Shown one piece after another: positions 47,670 to 56,594 of a stretch of DNA of 64,000 nucleotides. The notes below the pieces were generated by a model. That model had not been told where the DNA came from. It did no database searches and saw nothing but the letters and a program-made list of their open reading frames with translations. The translations under genes were made by a program, and so were the position numbers. Position 1 is the stretch's first letter. Every line of letters begins with the position of its first letter. Origin of the DNA: an uncultured cyanobacterium (GTDB lineage: Bacteria > Cyanobacteriota > Cyanobacteriia > Phormidesmidales > Phormidesmidaceae); assembly GCA_963793265.1 (NCBI GenBank), contig CAWBZI010000006.1, positions 640,001-704,000 of the forward strand, in the 5' to 3' direction.

Positions 47670-49540
47670 GAACCCGTTCCTCCAACTATTGCAGGTTGAG
47701 ATCTTGGCACCTTCAAATCAGGCAAATACCGTCCGCCTAGCTCTATCTGCGAGGTTTCTATTCCCTGCTCAATTCGGTTAAGCAAATAGGACAAATCGCT
47801 AGCCAGCAGATTAATCCCATGATCAGGTTCTACCATGCCCACCAGCGACAAAGGCCGCTGCTTGCTGCTTGCAAGCTGATGAATGCTCAAAAAGTTGAAC
47901 ACCCCTGACTCGTAGGTACCGCAGGGAACTGCTGGATTTTCGACGCCTGCAAAGTCTTCTTGATCGCCAAACCAGTCCCGATCTGGGTAGCCGTGAAAGT
48001 GAATAATGGGCGCGCCGTTTTCGATGAGTTCTGGCGTGTAGAGCGCCGTTGCTAGCGCGATCGCAATCATCACATACGTATCATAAGAAGGCTTGATATC
48101 GGTCTTAGTAACATCAGCCCCTTCAGGCACCTGCAACTGCAACCTATCGTTGATTCCAAGCCGCACAATGTCGCGAGCAGGATCTAAGTTTGTTTTGTCA
48201 GCTCCCGAGCGCGAGCACACTAGCCAAATATCAGGAATCTGTTTGTAAATGGTTTGACTGCCAATCTGCGTTTTAAGATATCGTCGGCCTGCTTCGTTTT
48301 GTCTGATCTCTTCAAAAGAAAAGCCTGCCACGGGCGCAAGAGACTGCCAGTCTTCAGCAAAAATTTCTACAGCACCAAAATACTGTGGCGGCTCGGCATA
48401 GGCAACAAATCCGTAAGAGACGCCCGTTCTACCGTTGACGATCGCACTTACAATGTCGCGATGCGATCGCCTGCGAACCACTTCAGCCAGCTTAAAGCCA
48501 GAGGGGAACAGACCTGTTGTCGCTAAAGATTTGCTAAGGTCTATCAGCTTTTGAGCATAGGTAGAACGCTGAGGTGCGTAGTGGCCCAGATTAAAGCGGC
48601 TGAGGGGTAAAGGCGCAATGGGGACGTAGATTTTAGGGATGAGCGATCGCAGCACAAACGACTCAAGCTTCTCTCTATCAAACAAAGAATCCGACAGATT
48701 CATGTTCAAAATAGAAATTTTGTCAGCCGATACACCAATCACAATCTCTGAGAACTGACTGACCAGCGTATTTACGCCCAGCGCAATCTTTTGAGCATAG
48801 GGTAATTCAGCCTCTACAAAGGTTGGGTCTATCTCAGTGAGCAGCACCACCTGAGTCGCCGTCGGATCTTCTAGCCGTTGAATCGCATGGTCTTCGGCCC
48901 AACCAATTCGCTGGGTAATTTCAGCCACCGAAGCCGGAGCCCCTCGCCACGCTGAAAACTTATACAGGTTCTCAGCAATATAGCTTTTGGCTTTGTTGAT
49001 AGGACGCTCTACATCAATCACCGCGCTAATATCGCTGCGAACCACCGACATCGCAGGCCGTTTGTCTATCGGCAGTTTAGCCACTAGCGGCCCCACCACA
49101 GGCGGCAAATAGTAAAACTCGCGAGTCGCATCGGCCCAGGGCACAATCTCAACGCCATACGCTTGCAAAGTAGTTTCTAGCGCACACCGTAGCTGCAAAA
49201 CGCTATCGGCAATCTTTTTATGCGGTGGCAGCGGGCGAAAAGTCACGCTTAGCTGCCTGGCCATCACCTCTGGATCGACCACAGGAGAAGCATCTTGCCC
49301 GCCGCCAATAAGCTGCCCGATAGTGCGCAGGCTCAGACCGCTAGACGTTGTGCTATTAGCTGCTGGGCCTGTTGTTTTTTGCGTTAAAAGCTGAAGAATC
49401 TCAGCTTTATTTTCAGCAATATCAGCCTTAAGCTGCGGGCTTAACGATCCTTTGGGCGCGTTAATGCGCAACTTGTCACGATCGGCCCATAGCCGGACGC
49501 CTTTACTATCGAGTTGGTGAATCAGTTGCGCAATTGTCAT
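47666..49540 (-). CDS. TubC-type N-terminal docking domain plus class II aldolase-like domain
   Basis: N-term L..L...GVRLW....LRINAPKG.L......K.EIL; C-term SRSGADK, KPSYD, IIHFHG, PCGT, EPDHG. Confidence 0.6.
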   Translation of the reverse strand: MTIAQLIHQLDSKGVRLWADRDKLRINAPKGSLSPQLKADIAENKAEILQLLTQKTTGPAANSTTSSGLSLRTIGQLIGGGQDASPVVDPEVMARQLSVTFRPLPPHKKIADSVLQLRCALETTLQAYGVEIVPWADATREFYYLPPVVGPLVAKLPIDKRPAMSVVRSDISAVIDVERPINKAKSYIAENLYKFSAWRGAPASVAEITQRIGWAEDHAIQRLEDPTATQVVLLTEIDPTFVEAELPYAQKIALGVNTLVSQFSEIVIGVSADKISILNMNLSDSLFDREKLESFVLRSLIPKIYVPIAPLPLSRFNLGHYAPQRSTYAQKLIDLSKSLATTGLFPSGFKLAEVVRRRSHRDIVSAIVNGRTGVSYGFVAYAEPPQYFGAVEIFAEDWQSLAPVAGFSFEEIRQNEAGRRYLKTQIGSQTIYKQIPDIWLVCSRSGADKTNLDPARDIVRLGINDRLQLQVPEGADVTKTDIKPSYDTYVMIAIALATALYTPELIENGAPIIHFHGYPDRDWFGDQEDFAGVENPAVPCGTYESGVFNFLSIHQLASSKQRPLSLVGMVEPDHGINLLASDLSYLLNRIEQGIETSQIELGGRYLPDLKVPRSQPAIVGGTGS

Positions 49541-49582
49541 GGTGTTGAGATCTCTACTTAGATCTGTAGTTAGGTCTTTGAA

Positions 49583-49927
49583 CTAAATCTCAAAGAGGTC
49601 GCTATCGTCAGTAGCGAGTTCTTCAACAATGTGAGCCGAAAGAGAGTCGATGGTAGGACAGTTCCAAATGACGAGCGGAGAAATTTCAAGACCGAAGCGC
49701 TGCTTGCCCTGGGTGGCGATCGCCATTGCCTGCACGGAATCTAAACCATAGCTGTGAAAGGGCGATCGCGTATCGATATCATCCGCCTCTATGCCGAGCT
49801 GTCCGGCCACTTGTTCAGCGAGCCAGTCTTGAATATCAGCTAAGTCCATTGGCAAACTTTCACTGAGTCCAGGCACGGTAGGAGAAGTATTTTTAACGCT
49901 TTGCTGAGCTGTTGATGGAGTAGTCAT
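49583..49927 (-). CDS. Stand-alone acyl carrier protein
   Basis: FHSYGLDSVQA, PTIDSL; acidic tail DDSDLFEI resembles a C-terminal docking peptide. ATG 49927. Confidence 0.88.
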   Translation of the reverse strand: MTTPSTAQQSVKNTSPTVPGLSESLPMDLADIQDWLAEQVAGQLGIEADDIDTRSPFHSYGLDSVQAMAIATQGKQRFGLEISPLVIWNCPTIDSLSAHIVEELATDDSDLFEI

Positions 49928-49943
49928 GGTCGTAAAAACACCG

Positions 49944-52472
49944 TTAGTTGTTATTGATTGCCCGAGAACGCTCTGCATAATAAAGACTCTTCATCGCGTT
50001 GTTTTTGACAGGCCGCTGAGTAGGCACTTGGCGAGAAGCAAACCAGTAAGACGAGCGCTCAAATGGATAGGTCGGCAGCGGCATTTTTTGTCGGCAATAG
50101 CCCGCATCAAAAACCGCCCAGTCAACCTCAGCGCCACTCACAAACAGCTCACCCAAATGAGAGAGAAGCTGCGGCCAAATCTCTATCCCATCCTGCATAG
50201 CTAGCAGCTTTACAGCCCCCAACTCTGCTTTACTCAGGCATCCAAACACAGATCCCTCTACGCCCATACACAGCGCTATGTCATAGCCCGAAAGTCCGGT
50301 TAACGGCAGCTTTTTATAGGTGTCTGGATGATCGCTCGCAGAGACAAACTGCGATACTGCTTGCTGCAACAGTGGGCTATAGGCATTAACGCGCACCTCA
50401 GTAAAAGCGTGGGGAGAAGAAGGGCTAATAGGGGCAGAAATAGCAGCGGTAGCCGCAGAGAGTAGCGGTAGGTGAGGCAGTTTGTAGGTGAGTGACGCAG
50501 CGCTCCAAAGCGGTGTTGTTAGCGGTAAAGACAGCAGGGGCAGCACTTCTCTAATATCTAACAGACCGGAAACGCAGGCTGCGACATATTCGCCTAAGCC
50601 TCTGCCCATCACAGCTCTAGGCACAATGCCCCAGGTTTGCCAGAGGGTGCTAAGCGCGTAGCTCGCGGCAAATCCACTCACCCGTGCCACCGCTGGCTCA
50701 GTTGCAAAAGAAGCCGTTAGGCGGAGCTGCCTCCCAACCAGGCGCGAGCAGAGATCGAAGGATTCGCGGAACACAGGCTGCGTTTTGTACAGGTGGTTGC
50801 CCAGGGCCAAGGTGCCTGCTGTCGCTGGTTCAGGAAAGTAAAACACTATCTTAGGGCGCTTTCTCCTCTGCGCTTTGCCGGTAATAAACTGACTGGCCAG
50901 CAAAGTCTCTTCGCCTTCTGCAAACTGGGCAAGCTGCTGTTGTAAGTGCGATCGCGAATGACTCACCAAACAAAGCCGCTCGGCAAAGTGAGTGCGCCCG
51001 GTATTTGCGGCAAAGCAGATATCGGCCAAGGAAGTCTCGGGCTGTGAGGTAGCAGCCATGCTCCCCTGTCCGCTAAGTAAAAAGTCACTGTAGCGCTGTG
51101 CTAAAGCTCGCAAAGCCGTTTTACTTTTGGCTGTCATCGCAAAAACATGATGCGACCTATCGCCATAAAGCGCGCTGTCGGCAAGTCTCACACCAACCGG
51201 CGTTTCCTCAATCACCAAATGAGCATTCGTGCCGCCAAATCCAAACGTACTCACGCCCGCTATACGAGGTCGCGAGCCGCGCTGCCAGGGTTTACCCGCC
51301 GCCAAAATCTCAAACAATCCGTCATTCAAATCAACATAGTCATTCGCCCGCTCAAAATTTAGCTGCGGCGGAATCTCGCCGTGCTGCAACGCCAGCACTA
51401 CCTTAATCAGGCTGGCAATGCCCGAAGCCGCCTCTAAGTGACCGATACTCGGCTTCAGCGAGCCAATCGTACAGGCTTCTTTACGCCCCGCTGCTAGCAC
51501 CTTTCTCAACGCCTTAAATTCGATGGCATCCCCCAAGGGCGTTCCTACCGCGTGTGCTTCTACATAGTCAACCTCTGCGGGAGTAACAGAACTATTTGCC
51601 AAGCTCTGTTGAATTAAAGCCTGCTGAGCGCGACCGTTAGGAGCAACCATGCTGTTGCTCAATCCATCTTGATTAACAGCCGAACCGCGAATAACAGCCA
51701 AAATATTATCACCATCAGCGATCGCATCATTCAACCGCTTTAGCACCACCACCCCGCAGCCCTCACCTCTCACATAGCCATCGGCATTAGCATCAAAGGG
51801 TCGGCATTCGCCTTTAGCCGAGAGCAGCCCAGTCTGCGAAGAGGAGATCATCGAGTCGGGTGAGAGAATGAGATTAACGCCGCCTGCAATGCCCAGGTTT
51901 GTCTCTTGTGATCGCAAACTCTGCATCGCTAAATGCACAGCTACCAGCGAAGAAGAACAGGCAGCATCTACCGCCATACTCGGCCCTCTTAAGTCCAACA
52001 GATACGAAAGCCGGTTGGCTGTAATCGACATTGTGGTGCCCGTGCCGCTATGCGGGCCAATGCAGTCAAAGTCTTTGTACAGCAGGCGGTGGTAGTCAAT
52101 CGTGCACAGCCCCGTAAACACGCCCGTAGCGCTACCGCCCAAGCCCATCGGAGCAACGCCCGCATGTTCAAGTGCCTCCCATGCCACCTCTAAAAACAAG
52201 CGCTGTTGCGGATCGATATGGGCAGCTTCAGCATCACTGATACCGAAAAAAGACGCGTCAAATTGATCAACATCCTTTAAGAAGCCGCCCCGACAGCTAC
52301 TCATTTTCCCGGCGATGCGAGGGTCAGGATCGTAAAAGTGTGCACTCTCCCAGCGCTCAGTTGGAACCGTGCTAATGGCGCGATCGCCGCTTTGCAACAA
52401 ACGCCAAAAGGCTTCGGGACTATTCGCCTGTGGGAACCGGCAGCCAATGCCGATAATTGCAATAGGTTCCAT
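49944..52472 (-). CDS. Type I PKS: ketosynthase plus degenerate AT
   Basis: DPQQRL, DAACSSS, EAHAVGT, IGHLE. The AT motif GHSxG reads GRGLG; ends with LPTYPF. Confidence 0.9.
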   Translation of the reverse strand: MEPIAIIGIGCRFPQANSPEAFWRLLQSGDRAISTVPTERWESAHFYDPDPRIAGKMSSCRGGFLKDVDQFDASFFGISDAEAAHIDPQQRLFLEVAWEALEHAGVAPMGLGGSATGVFTGLCTIDYHRLLYKDFDCIGPHSGTGTTMSITANRLSYLLDLRGPSMAVDAACSSSLVAVHLAMQSLRSQETNLGIAGGVNLILSPDSMISSSQTGLLSAKGECRPFDANADGYVRGEGCGVVVLKRLNDAIADGDNILAVIRGSAVNQDGLSNSMVAPNGRAQQALIQQSLANSSVTPAEVDYVEAHAVGTPLGDAIEFKALRKVLAAGRKEACTIGSLKPSIGHLEAASGIASLIKVVLALQHGEIPPQLNFERANDYVDLNDGLFEILAAGKPWQRGSRPRIAGVSTFGFGGTNAHLVIEETPVGVRLADSALYGDRSHHVFAMTAKSKTALRALAQRYSDFLLSGQGSMAATSQPETSLADICFAANTGRTHFAERLCLVSHSRSHLQQQLAQFAEGEETLLASQFITGKAQRRKRPKIVFYFPEPATAGTLALGNHLYKTQPVFRESFDLCSRLVGRQLRLTASFATEPAVARVSGFAASYALSTLWQTWGIVPRAVMGRGLGEYVAACVSGLLDIREVLPLLSLPLTTPLWSAASLTYKLPHLPLLSAATAAISAPISPSSPHAFTEVRVNAYSPLLQQAVSQFVSASDHPDTYKKLPLTGLSGYDIALCMGVEGSVFGCLSKAELGAVKLLAMQDGIEIWPQLLSHLGELFVSGAEVDWAVFDAGYCRQKMPLPTYPFERSSYWFASRQVPTQRPVKNNAMKSLYYAERSRAINNN

Positions 52473-52559
52473 ATTCTGTATACTCCAGGGGCCTCTACGA
52501 GTAAGAGGTTAGAAAGAGATTCTTTGCGGCAATAAGCCTGCAACTGTGGTGACCACAAA

Positions 52560-53939
52560 CTAGGCCGCTGTCTCAAAAAACTGTTTCATCGTTTGCTTGT
52601 TCGCCGCTAGCGCGCTCAAAATAGCGCCCCGACTTTCCATAGCGCCCATCGTCCGATTGACGGGCCACAGATAGTCCACATCAGCAAAAAAGTCTTGCAG
52701 TTCCTTCAGCAATCGCTGCCGATTAGCCGCTGCCGTATGAATACCGCTGTGCTCCTGGCACAGACATTTCTCCATCCAGTGCCTTGCTTCTGTTTTAGAG
52801 AAACCAAACGCAGAAGACTGTAGCAGTTGATACAACAGTTCTAAAATAGTGAAATCATCGGCAAAATAACGGTGAGGCAGCACCGCCGAAAGCCCGCCCA
52901 GCGTGCCTTTTTGCATTTTCAAGATAATGCTGTTGGCGACTATCTTTTCGTAGGCACTCGGCGCTGAGAAGGCTTTGTACAAATCTCTTGCAAGCAGCTT
53001 GGAGATAGTAGTGTGAAAAGCCTCATCTAAAAAGTGATAGCGCGAGATAGCCGTTGGCGCAGGCACCGAGTCTCCTTTGTTTTCTAGCTGCTTGGCATGT
53101 TTGGCGATCGCATGTTCCATATTCTTCAAATACAGGTTCGCAATCATCCGAATGGTATAGAACTGGCAGGCCATAAACGGCGAGCCTGCCCCCCAGCTAA
53201 AGCCATAAAAGCTTTGCCACGGTAGCGACGGGCCAATAGAACGCCCCAGCATCCCCGCCGTCGGTGCCTTCAAGATAAATCGACTATCTTGTTCAACCGT
53301 TTGCAAATACTGGGAGTATTGATGGGGTTGTTTCCCAGCTGTTCTAGCAACCTGTCGAAGCGCGTAATACTGATAGGTTGGCAGCTTCTTTTTGCCCAGC
53401 ATCAGCTTATACGAGTTCCACTTCAGCAGCGCATTGAGCCCCGAGCGCCCAATTAATGCCGTCGCCGTCATCAGACCCACCTTACGGAAAGCCTTAATAT
53501 GATCGTGCTCCTGTTCTGTTTCAAAAGCCAGCTCAGAAGCCAGCGTATCGTAGCCGCCAATCGACTCAAACACGCTAGCTGTCACCTGGTTATACATCAC
53601 CGTTTCGGTTTCCGAATTAGAGATGTAGTTGTAGTTTGCAAACCAGCTCAGATGGTTGAGCGCTAGCTTTTGAGCTTCGGTAGCCTCAGCGTATAAAGGC
53701 GTGCCGTACAGCAAAGAATGGCTGGGATCGCTCCAGAGGCGATCGCGATTCTTTTGATAGCTAAACGTCCGGCTCAAGTCAGCAATTTTCTCGGTATAGT
53801 CAGAATCAAGATTGTTGCGATAGGTCGTCTCAACCAGCCTGGACGTTTTACGCGTCAGCGCGTCATGGGCAGAACGTCTAGACCTTTGGTTAGTTTTTTG
53901 GTCGGCTTTTTGGTCAGGTAGTGCATTAGCAACTGTCAT
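52560..53939 (-). CDS. CylC-type dimetal-carboxylate halogenase (AurF-like fold)
   Basis: LLYGTPLY, ALNHL, SETETVMYNQ, ETEQEHDH, HFLDEAFH; sits between FAAL-ACP and PKS. ATG 53939. Confidence 0.85.
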   Translation of the reverse strand: MTVANALPDQKADQKTNQRSRRSAHDALTRKTSRLVETTYRNNLDSDYTEKIADLSRTFSYQKNRDRLWSDPSHSLLYGTPLYAEATEAQKLALNHLSWFANYNYISNSETETVMYNQVTASVFESIGGYDTLASELAFETEQEHDHIKAFRKVGLMTATALIGRSGLNALLKWNSYKLMLGKKKLPTYQYYALRQVARTAGKQPHQYSQYLQTVEQDSRFILKAPTAGMLGRSIGPSLPWQSFYGFSWGAGSPFMACQFYTIRMIANLYLKNMEHAIAKHAKQLENKGDSVPAPTAISRYHFLDEAFHTTISKLLARDLYKAFSAPSAYEKIVANSIILKMQKGTLGGLSAVLPHRYFADDFTILELLYQLLQSSAFGFSKTEARHWMEKCLCQEHSGIHTAAANRQRLLKELQDFFADVDYLWPVNRTMGAMESRGAILSALAANKQTMKQFFETAA

Positions 53940-53944
53940 AGACT

Positions 53945-54208
53945 CTACGATTCTCCTAAATAACAAACCAAGCTTTCCACTGTCGGATAGTCATACAGCA
54001 AAGTAGGATCGACTTCTTTACCTAGCCAGTCTTCAAGATCTCCGGTCAAGCCGATGGCCGCCGAAGAGTCTAAGCCATAGCTATCAAAGGGCACTTCGGT
54101 ATCAATCTCATCAGAGCTTATTTCTAAAAGTCCTGATAAATAGGCAACAATCCACGCTCTAATCTCTTCATCTGTAACGTTAGAAACCTGTCTTTCTTTA
54201 ACTTCCAT
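53945..54208 (-). CDS. Acyl carrier protein
   Basis: FDSYGLDSSAA, LLYDYPT. Confidence 0.92.
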   Translation of the reverse strand: MEVKERQVSNVTDEEIRAWIVAYLSGLLEISSDEIDTEVPFDSYGLDSSAAIGLTGDLEDWLGKEVDPTLLYDYPTVESLVCYLGES

Positions 54209-54549
54209 CTAAAAAACCTTTATTTTCATGTACTTGTAGAATAATTGCTCACTTATCTCGGCAGCTAAACTTAGCAAGATGAGTGACGAATGTTTTAGGC
54301 AGCACGCGCCTGAGTCGCTAGTCTAAAATACTGGTTAAATCTCAAGCCAAAGTTTTAGAGAAGGGAGTCACCTGCTACCTGGCTTCAAACATCCAATCTC
54401 TCTTGAATTGATTGGTAAGTTTGATACGCTGTAATCAGGCCGCAATCGGAAGGCTGAAGAGGAAAAACAAAAAAATTACTCTCTGTGCTATCTCTCTTTG
54501 TTATGTAGACCGATTCGCTCAAAGGTTGTTCCGATCTATTTCTTCTTTT

Positions 54550-56436
54550 TTATGATTTATTTTTCCTCTCTATTGTCTTTAAAATTGAATCTACCTCGCT
54601 TTGAATTTTGACAAATTCACTTTTGTGCGTCGGGCTCTCACTCCAGTCTTTTACAATTGCCAGCTCTCCCGATAAAAACAGATCGCGGCAGCGGTAGCGC
54701 TGAAGTTTTCCACTAGAGGTTTTGGGAATGCTCCCAGGCTTTACCAGCAAAGTTGCATACACTTGCAGGTCGTGAGCTGCCGCGATCGCCCGACGAACAC
54801 AGCCACTCACCGCCACTACATCTAGCTTACGCACGTGCGATCGCGCTACCTCCGAGACAATCACCAGCCGCTCTTTGCCTTTATGCTCTATCGAAAAAGC
54901 TGCGATCGCCCCCACCTTCAAAGCCGCATGAGCTGTCTCCAACGTTCGCTCAATATCCTGAGGGTAATAGTTTTTCCCTCGAATAATCATCACATCTTTA
55001 ATGCGCCCAGTCACAAACAGCTCTTGACCTTCTAAAAAGCCCAGATCTCCCGTCCGCAAAAATGGCCCCGCAAAAGTATCTGCCGTATAGGCTTGAAAAG
55101 TCTGCGAAGTCTCCTCGGGCTTTCGCCAATAGCCTTTGGCCACGCTTTCGCCCTGCACCCAGATCTCACCCACTTCACCAGACGAACAACACGTCAGCGT
55201 CTCAGGATGAACAATCTTCACGCGCTGATCCTGCAGGCTTTGGCCGCAGCCAACAACCGTCACAAACCCGAAATCATTCTTCTTATTCTTGTCAGCTTCA
55301 CCGACCGCTTCCACTTGATGTTGACCAAGCTTTTGGGCATCAACGTGTTTTATTGTTGGCTTCGCGGCTATCTCACCGCCCGATACGATTAGGGTTGTCT
55401 CAGCCATGCCATAGCAAGGATAGAAAGCCTCACTGCTAAAGCCGTAGGGCTCAAAAACTTCACCAAACCGGGCCAGGGTGTCAGCGCGAATAGGCTCTGC
55501 CCCGGTAAAGGCAACCTGCCAACTGCTCAGATCAAGACCTTTTAGCGGTGCCGGATTCTCTTCACGTGAGAGCAAAATTTGGGCTTTGCGAGCACATAAA
55601 TCGTAGGCAAAATCTGGCCCGCCGCTGGTTGTTCCTCTATAGTCAGAAACGGCTCGCAGCCAGCGTAAAGGCTTTTGCAAAAAATCAACCGGAGACATCA
55701 GCGTTACTTCAAAGCCGCCGTATAGTGGCTGAAGAATACCCCCAATCAAACCCATATCGTGATACGGCGGTAGCCAGATAACGCCTTTGCTATCTGCACT
55801 ATGACCAAAGCAACGGTGAATTGCTGCTAGGTTATGCAACAGATTTTCTTGAGTGACCATGACACCCTTAGGCGTACCTGTCGATCCCGAAGTGTACTGT
55901 AAGAACGCAAGCGAACTAGGCGTAGCGTTGCGATCCCAAAAGTGGGCGTCTGCTGGCACATCTTCTGTAATCACATCTACCGAAAGCCACGGAATATCTG
56001 CTAAAGGCGATGATTCGTCAAACCATTTTCCAATCTTGTCGGCTAGATCAGCTGTGGTGAGGACAGCCGTTGCCGCTGAATCATCCACAATAGAAAGCAG
56101 CCGCAGCAGCTTTTGGTTTTTACGGGGAGGATAAGCCGGTACCGCCGTAACCCCTGCGTACAGGCATCCCAAGAAGGCTGTCACAAAATCCAGACCGGGA
56201 GAGAACAGCAGCAGCGCCCGCCCGCCTGTGATGTTAAGCGATCGCAAATGAGCAGCTACCGCCCGAGCCCGAGCCCGCAGCGTTTGATAGTCCATCTGAC
56301 CATCAGGCACCTCGCCTCTTCGCAAGTACCGATAGGCAAGGTCGTGCGGCTGATGCTGCGCGCGATAGTCTAACAGTTCAGTGAAGCTCAAACCTGCCGG
56401 AACAATCTCTGATGAGATCTGTAAAGTTGTTGTCAC
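54550..56436 (-). CDS. Fatty acyl-AMP ligase (FAAL)
   Basis: FLQYTSGSTGTPKGV, WLPPYHDMGLIG, YPCYGMAE, FAAL-type insertion after SGG, IPKTSSGKLQR. Confidence 0.92.
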   Translation of the reverse strand: MTTTLQISSEIVPAGLSFTELLDYRAQHQPHDLAYRYLRRGEVPDGQMDYQTLRARARAVAAHLRSLNITGGRALLLFSPGLDFVTAFLGCLYAGVTAVPAYPPRKNQKLLRLLSIVDDSAATAVLTTADLADKIGKWFDESSPLADIPWLSVDVITEDVPADAHFWDRNATPSSLAFLQYTSGSTGTPKGVMVTQENLLHNLAAIHRCFGHSADSKGVIWLPPYHDMGLIGGILQPLYGGFEVTLMSPVDFLQKPLRWLRAVSDYRGTTSGGPDFAYDLCARKAQILLSREENPAPLKGLDLSSWQVAFTGAEPIRADTLARFGEVFEPYGFSSEAFYPCYGMAETTLIVSGGEIAAKPTIKHVDAQKLGQHQVEAVGEADKNKKNDFGFVTVVGCGQSLQDQRVKIVHPETLTCCSSGEVGEIWVQGESVAKGYWRKPEETSQTFQAYTADTFAGPFLRTGDLGFLEGQELFVTGRIKDVMIIRGKNYYPQDIERTLETAHAALKVGAIAAFSIEHKGKERLVIVSEVARSHVRKLDVVAVSGCVRRAIAAAHDLQVYATLLVKPGSIPKTSSGKLQRYRCRDLFLSGELAIVKDWSESPTHKSEFVKIQSEVDSILKTIERKNKS

Positions 56437-56506
56437 AAGACGAAGCCTCTCTCATTTATTGTCAATAAAACAAATGTCAGCGCCTACAAGGTCGATCTCC
56501 CAATCT

Positions 56507-56576
56507 CCCCTGCCCCTCTCTGGCCTCTAAACCTTGACCATAAACATAGTAAGGTTAACTCAGAGAGGGGCAGGGG
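56507..56576 (-). terminator. 16-bp perfect inverted repeat (terminator, attenuator or processing stem)
   Basis: CCCCTGCCCCTCTCTG (56507-56522) pairs with CAGAGAGGGGCAGGGG (56561-56576); 38-nt loop; lies between the RTX gene and FAAL. Confidence 0.55.
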
Positions 56577-56594
56577 GCAACACCCTACATCGCC

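Noticed and set aside
47666..49540. NRPS module
   Set aside because: Only the docking domain is NRPS-like; no HHxxxDG, adenylation core motifs or PCP serine motif.
52560..53939. AurF p-aminobenzoate N-oxygenase
   Set aside because: Same fold, but the length, YNQ/HFLDEAFH motifs and FAAL-ACP context fit the CylC halogenase subfamily; no aminobenzoate genes nearby.
44747..56436. Heterocyst glycolipid (hgl) or PUFA-synthase cluster
   Set aside because: No iterative multi-ACP KS-AT, chain-length factor or enoyl reductase genes.
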